Assembly: GCA_008690995.1 (NCBI GenBank)
Contig: VRMN01000001.1
Location: forward strand, 248,001 to 312,000
Reading direction: 5' to 3'
DNA: 64,000 bases
Source: Porphyridium purpureum
Lineage: Eukaryota
Positions 34,600-44,824 of the stretch are shown here, piece after piece; position 1 is the first letter of the stretch; every line of letters starts with the position of its first letter. The notes under the pieces were generated by a model that had not been told where the DNA came from, did no database searches, and saw only the letters and a program-made list of their open reading frames with translations. The translations under genes and the position numbers were made by a program.

Positions 34600-36930
34600 T
34601 TAAGTTTGGTCGCGCTGCTTGCGCGGCTGTTGCTTCGACTGCGGCTCTGGTAGCTGCGGTGGCTGCGGTGGCTGCACGAGCTGGTTTGCGGCCTCCAGCA
34701 GCGGCTTGAACGCGTACTTGAAGCGCAGGCTTCCCCAAAGGGCTGAGCGCTGGTGTTTCCGAAGCGCAGGAGACTTGACCGCCCATGCGAAGCGTGCGAC
34801 TTGACGCGCCGATGTGAGACCGAGCTCGTTCTGGCACACGTGCACGAGATCCACGAATTCTGGGTCTTCGAGCGGGTCTGAGCGCAGCGTCGGCGCCTGC
34901 GTGGTGACTGCATTGCTTTCGGCGCTCCCCGTGATGCAAAATTCGCAGTGGCCACATCGGGTGATGGGCGACTCTGAGCCAAAGTAGTCGTCTATGTACC
35001 GACTAAAGCAGCCGGCGTGACCGAGCAGCATGCTCTGCAGGTTCGACAACCGCTGGATTTCGGTTCGCTCCCGCTCCACCAGCCGGCGATAAAATTGATC
35101 GCAAAGCAAATCAAACTCACGACCTTCAAGTCGGCGGTTCACGCGGTACACATGGCGCAGCTTGCCTGGCTTGGTGCGATACAAGTTCGGGTATGAATTT
35201 ATGACTCGGCTCAACATGCGGCTTTTGTCTTCGAGCGAATGGCCAGGAATCAGCTCCGCGTTGACGCTCATAAACTCTTCCGTGACTTCGAACTTGTAAA
35301 AGGGCGTCTTGGGACTGCGCCGCGTGCCCCTTTTCGAAGCTTCAATGATCTTTTCAAAAATGGCTCGTTCCTTTCCGCTCGAGCCTTGTGTGCCCAATGC
35401 GTTCAAAATATCGTCCATGCTGTGGTCGCCCTCTGGGTCGATCTCATGGTACATGTAAAGAGGCGTGAGTTCGGTAATGTAGCCTGCCTTCTCTACAAGC
35501 GCAAGCGTCACCTTGAGCGGAGAGTCATTCATGTCCACGAAAGAGCCAAGACCGAAAAGATCAATCAGAAGACGGTTGTCTGTTCCGCTCACGAGCTCTT
35601 GCAACTCGGCACGCGCGTTGTTGCGATCAAAAAAGATCGTTAGGAGGTCGACAATCGATGATAAATCCGGCGTGTCCCCTATAATCATGCTTTCCAGCGT
35701 TTGGACATCTTCAGCACTCACAAACGACTCGCACGTGGCCTGGACTCCATCCCTGCCTGCACGCCCGACTTCTTGACAGAACGACTCGATACACTTTGCC
35801 ATATTAAAGTGGTACACGAAACGAATATCTGGCTTGTCGATACCCATACCGAAAGCGATGGTTGCCACAATGATCCCATCTGGACTTGAAAGAAAGCTTT
35901 CTTGCACTTCTGCTCGCTCGTCGCTAGACATACCCGCGTGATAAGCCTGTGCCGGCAATCCATGGTCACACAGCAAGGCGGCGACTTTCGAGGCCGTTTC
36001 TTGTAATGTCACGTAGACAATCGTTGAACCCCGAGAACGCGTCCCGATGCACGCTGCGAGCGATCGCACACGATCGATCAAGGGCGTATGAGGGGAAACG
36101 CGCGACGCGCGCAGTTCAAGGTTCGATCGGTACGCCCGATGCACAAGAGCGTTGCACTCTTGCTCTATCCGAAACTCACGACAAATGTCCTTCACAACCG
36201 CGGGCGTGGCAGTTGCTGTCAGTGCCAGTACGACCGGATTTTGAATCTCTTGGGCAAAAGCAGCCACCAGCAGGTACACGGGCCGAAACGAGTGGCCCCA
36301 TTCTGAAATGCAGTGGGCTTCGTCGACAACCATCATGGATACGTGAATATGATCAATCATGCGTCGAAAGCTTTCGTTCTTCAACCTCTCTGGCGCTACG
36401 AATAAAATCTTGATGCGATTGTTCCGGACGTCACTCTGAACTTGTGCCGCGCTTTCTGTGTCCAATGTAGAGTCGAGCGACGCGGCTGCAATGCCTAGTG
36501 CCTGCAAGCTGCCGACTTGATCTTTCATCAAAGCAATCAAAGGCGACACGACCAGTGTCAGTCCCGCAAAGTGCAGCGCAGGAAGCTGGAAACAAAGCGA
36601 TTTGCCCATGCCCGTTGGAAAGACACCAAGCGCCGATTCCCCCTTCATCACCCGCAGAATCACATCCAACTGTCCGTCGCGGAATGCATTCAGCCCAAAC
36701 CGGTCTTTGAGCAACTCCATCGCCTTCTGTTCCATCTGCGTTGGCGCCACATCGCCTCGGGCATGTACGTACGCTACCCCGTGCCATTGTCGCGCCCTTC
36801 CTTGGCTACGGCGCTGTCCGTGATGGCGACGACAACGACAACCACAACACGCACTTGACTCGCACAGCGCCTGGCCGCGGTCGCTGGCGGACCTAGGTCT
36901 CGCGAGGGCAAACATTGTCTCGCAGCGCAT
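34600..36930 (-). CDS. RecQ-family ATP-dependent DNA helicase (no HRDC domain)
   Basis: FRDGQ, PTGMGKS, DEAHCISEWGHSFRP, TATA, ATIAFGMGIDK, QEVGRAGRDG, C-terminal CGHCEFC. Start uncertain (36930 or 36915); the longer track ORF overlaps the neighbouring gene. Confidence 0.92.
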   Translation of the reverse strand: MRCETMFALARPRSASDRGQALCESSACCGCRCRRHHGQRRSQGRARQWHGVAYVHARGDVAPTQMEQKAMELLKDRFGLNAFRDGQLDVILRVMKGESALGVFPTGMGKSLCFQLPALHFAGLTLVVSPLIALMKDQVGSLQALGIAAASLDSTLDTESAAQVQSDVRNNRIKILFVAPERLKNESFRRMIDHIHVSMMVVDEAHCISEWGHSFRPVYLLVAAFAQEIQNPVVLALTATATPAVVKDICREFRIEQECNALVHRAYRSNLELRASRVSPHTPLIDRVRSLAACIGTRSRGSTIVYVTLQETASKVAALLCDHGLPAQAYHAGMSSDERAEVQESFLSSPDGIIVATIAFGMGIDKPDIRFVYHFNMAKCIESFCQEVGRAGRDGVQATCESFVSAEDVQTLESMIIGDTPDLSSIVDLLTIFFDRNNARAELQELVSGTDNRLLIDLFGLGSFVDMNDSPLKVTLALVEKAGYITELTPLYMYHEIDPEGDHSMDDILNALGTQGSSGKERAIFEKIIEASKRGTRRSPKTPFYKFEVTEEFMSVNAELIPGHSLEDKSRMLSRVINSYPNLYRTKPGKLRHVYRVNRRLEGREFDLLCDQFYRRLVERERTEIQRLSNLQSMLLGHAGCFSRYIDDYFGSESPITRCGHCEFCITGSAESNAVTTQAPTLRSDPLEDPEFVDLVHVCQNELGLTSARQVARFAWAVKSPALRKHQRSALWGSLRFKYAFKPLLEAANQLVQPPQPPQLPEPQSKQQPRKQRDQT

Positions 36931-37094
36931 GCCGCTGTGTGTTCTGCGTGTTGTTCCCGGTCGCGCGCAGACGCGAACAAAATGCACTCCGAGGACAAGA
37001 AATCGTTTCGTGCGGGAGAAGCGATTTGAGGGAACAGTGAACAAGAAAGAAAGCGCGCGCATGTGTCGGGGAAAAGAGCCACGTATTATCCAAG

Positions 37095-38828
37095 ATGTCG
37101 TTCGTATCACTCGGCCCGCAGGGTCGCGGTAACTACGAGCCGTCCGCCTGGAAACTTGTTCTGCAGGCCGGAATCGCGTTTGTATTGTACTACAAGCTTG
37201 CATCCGACGCGACAGCCGAGCATGCCATGGTACTTTCGGTTTTGACGTCTATGGCAATGGAGGTGGTTACTGTGGCTGCGATTCTGTTCCTCGGCGCCTC
37301 GCAGAAACGGCGGAATCCGGTTTCTCCGCCTGGCGCGCCGTCTGCACGGGGCAGTGCTCCCGGCATTGCGCGACCTGACACGGCTTCCATCATGAGCACC
37401 TTTTTGGGCACCAGGAGCTCAGTCACGCCGTCCGCGGGGTCAGCGTCGCTGTCAACGCCTGTGCGGGGCCAAAGTGTATCGCATGCGCATATGTTTGGTG
37501 GGCTAGATTTGTCTGGCGTGGGAACGCCCAATGTGGGCGTGAAAGCCGACTACAATCGAGGACAGAGTACCGGGCGTGCTGCGAGAGCAGGAGAGCATGC
37601 GTATGTGCGAAATGTTTCTCATGGGCAAACTTGGGAGCGACCAGTAACAGAACATAGAAGAGACGGCGTGCGCCAGTACCATTCGTCACGTCCGCGGTAT
37701 CAGCAAACGCTGCGTGACGGGGTCCTGGATCCATTGCGAATGGATTTGTTTGATGCAAGGGGCTCCAATAAGAACGCTATCGGTGAGCAAAGAACTGCCG
37801 CCGTAAGCAGTGGTCCGACAGGTCAGGACATGGCACTGTCAAGTTCGTTTGCCGTCTCACCGGCCACGAGCATGAGCGTCATTCGTCAGTCTGGAAGCAG
37901 TCCCCGATCGTCCCCGTCGCGCAGGAAGAGCAGTCTTCGGGGTGCCAATGCATTCGCTGCCGGCTCCTCGTCTGGCTCCCCGTCAGCAAAGAGCTTGACC
38001 TTCACGCCGGATCCGACCCTTCCAAATCGGTTCACAGATGATGCCGTCGATGCACTGCGAAGATGGTTGGTACAAAAAGTATGTATTCCATTCCTTCAGC
38101 TTGACCAGGAAAATGCGATGCAGCTATCACAATGGAAGCCGCCCGTTTTTGGCGCTGAATACACGACCGATGCGCTCCTTGAAATCGCCATGCAGCTTCC
38201 ATCGCACGCACAAACTCTGTGCCACGCCCGCAAGCTTCTACAGCGCTATGTTTCGGTACCGGGCTATCCAGGCACGACTGAGTATTGCAGATACCGCATT
38301 GCGCAATGGTGTACAGATACGTGCATGAGCAAATACGTTTGGAACGGTTTCGATGCGGAGCTGACCCAGAAGCTGCCAGGAAGTGGCTCGCGAGTCCCGA
38401 CAGACGCAGAGCTTATCGTGACCGTGTTCGGCGCTTATTTCGACCAGCGCATGCCGTCTGCGCCAAATCCGTTGAGCAGTGATTACTCGTCTCGCTTCCT
38501 GTCATTCTTGGCGTATCCGTCGTCTCCACGCCGAGAAGCGAATGCGCCCACCGTATTGCCATTATCGCATCTGGTTTCGGCGCAAATTGAAATTGGCAGT
38601 GACGGGCGACCGTACCTGGCGACGTGGATTGCCCAGCTCTTGCAAAGCCAGCTTGAGAATTGGAAGATGAAGGCAGGGGGCGTGATTGTGCGATCACTGC
38701 CCGATCCGCCGCATTTCTTGGTCCTGGGCCCGTCCTTTTCGTTCGTGGACTTGCCCTCAGGTCGCAATAATGCGTTCTTCAGCATTCTTGCGCTGCTCAC
38801 ACTCATCCAGCGAGACTATGACGCCTAA
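37095..38828 (+). CDS. TMEM209-like protein (cytochrome b561 N-terminal family; nuclear-envelope type)
   Basis: Two N-terminal hydrophobic segments; LRRWL, YRIAQW...YVWNG, PTDAEL...AYFD, PPHF, GRNNAF. Confidence 0.75.
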   Translation: MSFVSLGPQGRGNYEPSAWKLVLQAGIAFVLYYKLASDATAEHAMVLSVLTSMAMEVVTVAAILFLGASQKRRNPVSPPGAPSARGSAPGIARPDTASIMSTFLGTRSSVTPSAGSASLSTPVRGQSVSHAHMFGGLDLSGVGTPNVGVKADYNRGQSTGRAARAGEHAYVRNVSHGQTWERPVTEHRRDGVRQYHSSRPRYQQTLRDGVLDPLRMDLFDARGSNKNAIGEQRTAAVSSGPTGQDMALSSSFAVSPATSMSVIRQSGSSPRSSPSRRKSSLRGANAFAAGSSSGSPSAKSLTFTPDPTLPNRFTDDAVDALRRWLVQKVCIPFLQLDQENAMQLSQWKPPVFGAEYTTDALLEIAMQLPSHAQTLCHARKLLQRYVSVPGYPGTTEYCRYRIAQWCTDTCMSKYVWNGFDAELTQKLPGSGSRVPTDAELIVTVFGAYFDQRMPSAPNPLSSDYSSRFLSFLAYPSSPRREANAPTVLPLSHLVSAQIEIGSDGRPYLATWIAQLLQSQLENWKMKAGGVIVRSLPDPPHFLVLGPSFSFVDLPSGRNNAFFSILALLTLIQRDYDA

Positions 38829-39224
38829 TCCGAACATCAAGTTCGGCGGTGTCCCAGGACAATGTGAACCGGGTTTCCTCGGCAGGGTCAGACCCCAATG
38901 CGGCGGACCAAAATCCACAGCGATTTGTAATTGCGCAGTAAACTATTCTTAACGCCGTACATGTCGCGATCCGTATCCGCTCCACATGCACTAGAACGGC
39001 ACCTGAAAGTCTTGGCGCCGCCCAGGGTTGCATTTATTCTTCCGCGCGCTGCAGGTCTTCGAAGTGAAGGCCTCTGTTGGAAATATCCCCATGGTTCACA
39101 AGAACCCTGAAAGTATCTCTCAGCACCAAACATCAAGTGATGGGCGTCTAGTCGCGTGGGGTCGACGCCTCACGGCGTCCGGTCCAAATCTGAAAGATGA
39201 GGGAAAAGGCGAAAAGGTTAAACG

Positions 39225-39391
39225 CGTGCGACCGAAACTAAAACACATTCGGTCAAAAGGGTGACAGAGGGCAATAGCCACTCCTCATCAGACCACCGCG
39301 ACGCCCATAACCAGACGGTCGTCGGCTCGTTGGTTCTTACGTACGCCTCAAAAAGATATCTTTCGGGGCGCAACCCGATATTATTGCGACA
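39225..39391 (+). repeat. LTR family B terminal fragment
   Basis: CCAGACGGTC...AAGATATCTTTCGGGGCGCAA...TTATTGCGACA, similar to the copies at 13.4 kb and 59.2 kb. Confidence 0.6.
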
Positions 39392-39660
39392 GCACCAGTG
39401 ACAAGCACTAATGTCGAACCGCTTTTTCGTGCATCAGACATGAATATTTTCGAGGCTCACGCTGTCAAATCCATGATAATGGCGCTCAGCACAAGAGTAT
39501 CAGGCGTTAGTTAATGCCCGCGGTGTTGGCAAAGTAGCATTGCATCGCAAAGACTGGAGAGTAGAGTTGTTGTTTGTTTTGGTTACGAGTAAAGGTCTTT
39601 TGAGAGACTCGTGCTTCAGAGAGGATAGACGCACCGGGAGGCGCGATTACTCTCCCGTAC

Positions 39661-39951
39661 TGTTACCAATGCTGTGCCTTTTTTACTCTCTTCTTCTTCT
39701 TCTTCTCTCTCCGAGCAAGACCTGACCGGCTAGTCCGGGCAGGCGCGTCGCCTTTTTATACCCTTACTTCCGCCAGGGACAGCAAGGCGCCAAGAGAAAT
39801 GACAATGCAAATCATTGGCATTTCTGCGCGTGTCTAGAAGGTTCTGGAACCTCTAGAAGCTTCTAGAAAGTTAAACGGTCTACCGGTTTAACGGCTTACC
39901 GGTTTCGGATTAACCGAACCGTTCTAGGTGACTGGGGTCGAACGGATAACA
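39661..39951 (-). repeat. 3' LTR (291 bp)
   Basis: Matches 44825-45101 apart from indels; adjoins the PPT. Confidence 0.97.
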
Positions 39952-39965
39952 TCTCCCCCCCTCTT
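39952..39965 (-). other. Polypurine tract
   Basis: Minus strand AAGAGGGGGGGAGA directly before the 3' LTR. Confidence 0.9.
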
Positions 39966-40070
39966 GGCTCGACGTCTCGGCGAGACTTCAAACTAAGTTG
40001 CATTCTTGGCTCGAGGAACCCGCGCTCCGGGAGAAAACCTCTGCCTAGCAAACTTTTGACAATTCCCAAG

Positions 40071-43000
40071 TCATTCAGAGTCAGACTCTTCGATAATTTT
40101 CAACAAGTCTGGCTCTGAATCGGACGCTGGCAGGTCGTCGGGTACTTCTTCATCATTTTCCCCTGCCATGTAGTCTTCGCGTCCATAGTATGGCTTCAGA
40201 TGCTGGATCGGAAAAACATCATGACAAGCCACACCCTCAGGCAAAATCACTCGGTAAGCATGCGAGCTTACCTTCTCAATGACAGGCACCGGACCAAGAA
40301 ACTTTGGTGCCGCCAAATCACTCTTGTTCGGCCGCAGTTGCGGCGCCGTGACCAACACTTGATCACCAACTTGAAACTCCCGGGCATCCTTGCGTCGATC
40401 GAAGAACTTCTGCATTCTCCCCTGGGCTTCGATCAAATTGTCGCGGACTTCTTCATGGACTTTGCACAGGCGAAACCAGTGCTCCGCCATGTCCTTCGTC
40501 TGTCCGTCGCGCGCAGGCGTCCACCCTTCGCTCGGTGGAAACCAAGGATCCCTTCCATATACCACTTTGAACGGCGCGAATCCAGTGGCACTGCTTGGTG
40601 CGGAGTTGTACGCAAACTCGTACAACGGCAAGTCTCGCACCCAGCCACTATTCGTCGCCATCAACTTGAGCATTTCCCGAATCACGCGGTTCACTCGCTC
40701 AGTTTGGCCATCTGTCTGCGGGTGGTTGGCGGTAGACATAGCCAACTTCATGCCCACCCGCTTGCTCAACTGCTGCCAAAACGTTGACGTAAACAGCGGA
40801 TCTCGGTCCGACACAATTGACTTGGGGTATCCGAAACGGCTCACGACGTGCTTCACGAACAAGTCAGCACAACGCTTTGCTGTCAAGTCCTTGCGCGTCG
40901 GGATAAACAGCGTCATCTTCGAATAGCGATCCACCACAGTCATGATTGCATCACAGCTGCCTTCGCTCCGAGGCAGCTCTGTCACAAAGTCCATCGAGAT
41001 GTCGACCCAAGGTCCTTCTGGGATCGACAAGGGCTTCAGCTTTCCAAACGACCGATTCTCTGACTTTGTCACTTGGCATGCGTGACAAGTCTTCACAAAA
41101 CGGCTCACGTCTCGCTTCATCTTTGGCCAGTAGAAGCGAGTGATCAAAGATGCATACGTCGTGTCCGCTCCACGGTGCCCTGCTGTCGGGATATCGTGGT
41201 GGAGCTGCATGACACGCTCTCTGAACTTCCTCGGCACGCAAACGCGATTCCTCAAGTACAAGAGCCCAGCTTCGGTTCGAAAGCCTTGGTGGGTCGGTAA
41301 ATCCCCCATCAAAGCACCAAAGTCTGGGTCACTCGAGTACGAACCCACGAATGCCTGGAACCCCGCACCAAATTCATCACACCGAACTTGGTACTCTAGC
41401 GCATGCAACTCTGGCTTTCTCGACAAAGCGTCGGCCACCACGTTCGACTTTCCCTTCACATAGTCGATTGTGATATCAAACTCGGCTAAAAAGTCCAACC
41501 ACCGTGCTTGCCGGCCATTCAGCTCCTTCTGCGTCATCAAATGTTTCAACGCCTCATGATCTGTATGAAGCACAAACTTTGCCCCGTACAGATAAGGTCG
41601 AAACTCTCGCAGACAGTGAATGACGGCCATGAGCTCACCTTCATAGCTGCTGTACCTGGTCTCTCGGTCCAGCAGCTTCCTCGACGTAAACGCGACCGGT
41701 CTGCCTTCCTGTGCCAGCCATCCCCCCACCGCGACTTCGGAGCGGTCCGTGTACACCTCAAATGGCTTTTCAGGGTCTGGCAAGGCCAACACCGGCGCTT
41801 CCGTCAACATCCCGACAATCTTCTTGAAGGCCGATTTGCCTTCATCTCCCAGTTCGATCAGCTGCTTCTTCGACTTTGCGTTCTGCAACAGCGAAGTCAG
41901 CGGCGCCACGACGGTAGAGTATCCGTTGACAAACCTGCGAAACCAGTTTGTCATTCCCAAAAAGGATCTCAACTCCGTCACCGTCTTTGGCACTGGCCAA
42001 TCTCTCAAAGCTTCCACCTTCCGTGGATCCATCTTCACGCAACCGTTGCCGACAATGTTCCCCAGGTATTCGACTTCAGAAACGAAAAAGCTGCACTTCT
42101 TGCGCTTCAAACGATACCCTGCCTTTTGCAAGCGCGACAACACTTCCTTCAGGACCTCGCCGTGCGACTGCCTATCCTTGGTAAAGACCAAAATATCGTC
42201 CAAGTAGACAATGACGGTCTTGTCCAGCAGATCTGCAAACAGCTCGTTCATGGCCCTCTGAAAAGTTGCCGGCGCGTTGCAAAGACCAAACGGCATCACA
42301 CGGAACTCGAACTGTCCGTACCTGGTCTGGAACGCGGTCTTCGGCACGTCCTCTCTCCGAACACGCAACTGGTGGTATCCCGATGCCAAGTCCAATTTTG
42401 AGAAACAGTGAGCTGCGCCCAGTCGATCCAGCAACTCATCCATGTTCGGCAACGGATACCGGTCCTTCACAGTTGCGTCGTTCAACGCCCGATAATCGAC
42501 GCACATCCTCATGCTGCCGTCTTTCTTCTTCACGAACAGCACGGGTGCTCCAAACGGGCTCTGACTCGGCTGGACGAATCCTTTGTCCAGGAAGTCATCC
42601 AAAGTCTCTCGGAGGACTTTCAACTCCGCAGGGCTCAGTCGGTAGACCCTGCCCACTCTCACAGGCTTCTCATCTTTCAGCCTAATCACATGCTCCACTG
42701 TTCGGCTCTCAGGCAGCCCACGTGGCTCCTCGAACAGATTTTCGAAATCCTTGAACATCTTTCTCACAGAGTCAGCGTCTTTGCGCTCCACTGAACAGGG
42801 CTCCTCCCTTCCTTTCAGCACGCCGAGGTAGCACTCTTCTACCTCCTGACTCTTCAACAGCCGACGGAGCTCTTTCCGCGGCACCAGCATCTGCGTCATG
42901 CTCCAGGCCTTCTTCTCTCCGTAGGCCAACATGCCAGACTGCCAATCAATCACTGGATTCTCCCGCTTCAGCCACTCCATGCCCAAGATTGCGTCTTGTC

Positions 43001-43523
43001 CCGCAATCCGGCAAATGGCAAAGTTAGCGGCCCCTGAGTACCCATCGCTCAGTTCAAACTTGACATTGGAAACTTCTCCGGCTGTTTCCAATACTGACCC
43101 GTCTGCCAGGGTCACATGATCTCTCTTCCACGACGCCTTCTGCTTCAGGCCGTCGGATTTCTGCACAAAGTCCACGCTCATGAAGTTGTCCGTCGCGCCA
43201 CTGTCAATCAAAAACGTGGCCTCTCCGTCGGACTTGTGCACTTTTCCTCGAACTCGAAGAAGCATGGCAGCTCCCATCCCTCCAAGTTCCTTGATCACGG
43301 GCTGATTTGCGCTCGAGTTTCGCCCACAAGGTGTCGGACAGCCAGACCTTGGCTTACCAAGGCCACCACAGCGGTCTTCATTGCCGCCCCTAGAGGTCTC
43401 GTAACGTCTGCGAGCCTCCTTTCCCTCTGACTGTCCGAGGAACCTCTCTACTCGAGCTCCTAGTTTTTTGACTCCAGCGAGTCTCCCTCCAGCTGCTGGA
43501 TAGTCTTCCTTGCCTCGGGACAC
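40071..43523 (-). CDS. pol: Ty3/gypsy Pol (protease, RT, RNase H, integrase), probably expressed by -1 frameshift from gag
   Basis: LIDSGA, MPFGLCNAPATFQ, YLDD, TDHEAL, ADALSR, HHCC (HHDIPTAGH...CHAC), MDF...SDRD...GQTER. No chromodomain seen. Confidence 0.96.
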   Translation of the reverse strand: MSRGKEDYPAAGGRLAGVKKLGARVERFLGQSEGKEARRRYETSRGGNEDRCGGLGKPRSGCPTPCGRNSSANQPVIKELGGMGAAMLLRVRGKVHKSDGEATFLIDSGATDNFMSVDFVQKSDGLKQKASWKRDHVTLADGSVLETAGEVSNVKFELSDGYSGAANFAICRIAGQDAILGMEWLKRENPVIDWQSGMLAYGEKKAWSMTQMLVPRKELRRLLKSQEVEECYLGVLKGREEPCSVERKDADSVRKMFKDFENLFEEPRGLPESRTVEHVIRLKDEKPVRVGRVYRLSPAELKVLRETLDDFLDKGFVQPSQSPFGAPVLFVKKKDGSMRMCVDYRALNDATVKDRYPLPNMDELLDRLGAAHCFSKLDLASGYHQLRVRREDVPKTAFQTRYGQFEFRVMPFGLCNAPATFQRAMNELFADLLDKTVIVYLDDILVFTKDRQSHGEVLKEVLSRLQKAGYRLKRKKCSFFVSEVEYLGNIVGNGCVKMDPRKVEALRDWPVPKTVTELRSFLGMTNWFRRFVNGYSTVVAPLTSLLQNAKSKKQLIELGDEGKSAFKKIVGMLTEAPVLALPDPEKPFEVYTDRSEVAVGGWLAQEGRPVAFTSRKLLDRETRYSSYEGELMAVIHCLREFRPYLYGAKFVLHTDHEALKHLMTQKELNGRQARWLDFLAEFDITIDYVKGKSNVVADALSRKPELHALEYQVRCDEFGAGFQAFVGSYSSDPDFGALMGDLPTHQGFRTEAGLLYLRNRVCVPRKFRERVMQLHHDIPTAGHRGADTTYASLITRFYWPKMKRDVSRFVKTCHACQVTKSENRSFGKLKPLSIPEGPWVDISMDFVTELPRSEGSCDAIMTVVDRYSKMTLFIPTRKDLTAKRCADLFVKHVVSRFGYPKSIVSDRDPLFTSTFWQQLSKRVGMKLAMSTANHPQTDGQTERVNRVIREMLKLMATNSGWVRDLPLYEFAYNSAPSSATGFAPFKVVYGRDPWFPPSEGWTPARDGQTKDMAEHWFRLCKVHEEVRDNLIEAQGRMQKFFDRRKDAREFQVGDQVLVTAPQLRPNKSDLAAPKFLGPVPVIEKVSSHAYRVILPEGVACHDVFPIQHLKPYYGREDYMAGENDEEVPDDLPASDSEPDLLKIIEESDSE

Positions 43524-44254
43524 GTCCTGGCGATGTGCCCCGGCTTTCTACAATTCCAGCATTTGAGCTCGCTTCGAACACGCCTCTGACCCTGCACATG
43601 TCCCAGCTCCATCGGGACAGGTCCTTCCTGCGCTGCACGACCGAAAAATGGCGTCCTCACACTTGAATCACGCACGCCGCGGGTCGCATGAATGGCGTCG
43701 TCCACGACCACCGCCACCTGCGCAGCCTCCGCGAACGTACTCACTCCTCGCTTGTACACTTCCAAGCGGACCTCGGGCTTCAGACCCCTCACAAAGCGGT
43801 CCATCATTTCTGCGTCCGACAAGTCCGGAATCACAAGTGCCGCGTCCTGAAAAGCCGCCACATACGCATGGGCCGGGCCTTTCTGCGAAAGACGCGTCAA
43901 CTTGTCCCTTGCACGCCTGATCGAATCCTGCGGCGTGAACCGAGCACTCACGAGGGCAGCAAAATCATTCCACGTCGTGGGGATCTCCTGCGGGTAGCGC
44001 TCGCAGTTCAGAACCCACCAATGAAGCGCCTCTCCCTCGAAATAGTCTGATGCCAGGTCCACAGCACGCCTCTCCGCAAGCAGACGTTTCTCCAAATCGT
44101 CCGGGTGGATGCTCTCCAACAGCCGGCCCAAGATCTTCTTTCTCGCCTGGAACAACCACGTTTTCACAACCAGAAGGTCCCTCTTCCCGTCGAACCTCAT
44201 CAGACGGGCCTCCTTCGGGCCACGTGGTCCCAGCGTCTCCGAATCAATCTCCAT
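43460..44254 (-). CDS. gag: Ty3/gypsy Gag with CCHC zinc knuckle
   Basis: FDGKRD, ALHWW, LSQKG, FVRGLK, PVPMELG, CWNCRKPGHIARTC. Confidence 0.94.
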   Translation of the reverse strand: MEIDSETLGPRGPKEARLMRFDGKRDLLVVKTWLFQARKKILGRLLESIHPDDLEKRLLAERRAVDLASDYFEGEALHWWVLNCERYPQEIPTTWNDFAALVSARFTPQDSIRRARDKLTRLSQKGPAHAYVAAFQDAALVIPDLSDAEMMDRFVRGLKPEVRLEVYKRGVSTFAEAAQVAVVVDDAIHATRGVRDSSVRTPFFGRAAQEGPVPMELGHVQGQRRVRSELKCWNCRKPGHIARTCPEARKTIQQLEGDSLESKN

Positions 44255-44810
44255 GCTTTCTGGAAACAAGCACGCTCAACGATCACGACAACTCGAACAG
44301 CAAGCCTCCGATGCTCACTTTCTCCAACAGCTGCGCGCACCACGAACGGGGCTCGGTCGCCCTCACGACCACAAATCGACGCACGAAGCGGTCCTCTCAC
44401 GCACACACACGCACACAGCAATCTTCTCACGCACACACAACAAAGCACACAGCAATCCTCCTCTGTTGCGCTGGATGGGGAGCGGCCCGGGCCTTTGCAC
44501 TGGGGCGGGGATTATAGATGCGATCTTGTATGGAGGTGTTCGGCGCCTACCTTCGCAAAGGTGGTCGTGCGACACTAGGATGAATCCTAGTGAAGGCTGA
44601 CCGTTACGGCTCTTGCCTACTAATACGTGCTAAGGTAGAGAGCGAGTCCGCCGTCAAGGCCTAGGCCTATCGTACAGCCAAGACTGAGACCCGCTTCCAC
44701 CCGTCGCACCCTCCGGATCGACTTACTCGAACCCCCTTACCCGCAGACTCTCCCACCCAGGCAACCCCAGAGAAACTCTAAGAGAACCTTAGAGCAACCC
44801 CAGGTAACCA

Positions 44811-44822
44811 GCGATGATACCA
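44811..44822 (-). other. Primer-binding site (initiator-Met-tRNA-like, TGGTATCA)
   Basis: TGGTATCATCGC begins 2 nt inside the 5' LTR; the first 8 nt match the plant-type iMet PBS. Confidence 0.75.
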
Positions 44823-44824
44823 AA

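Noticed and set aside
36931..37203. N-terminal 91 aa of the 867-aa RecQ track ORF
   Set aside because: Overlaps the opposite-strand TMEM209-like start and has no helicase-like character; probably not translated.
40071..40200. Chromodomain at the integrase C-terminus
   Set aside because: The tail is short and acidic, without chromodomain aromatic residues.
40200..42794. Long plus-strand ORFs antisense to pol, and similar shadow ORFs over host genes
   Set aside because: Expected shadows of GC-rich coding sequence; no motifs.
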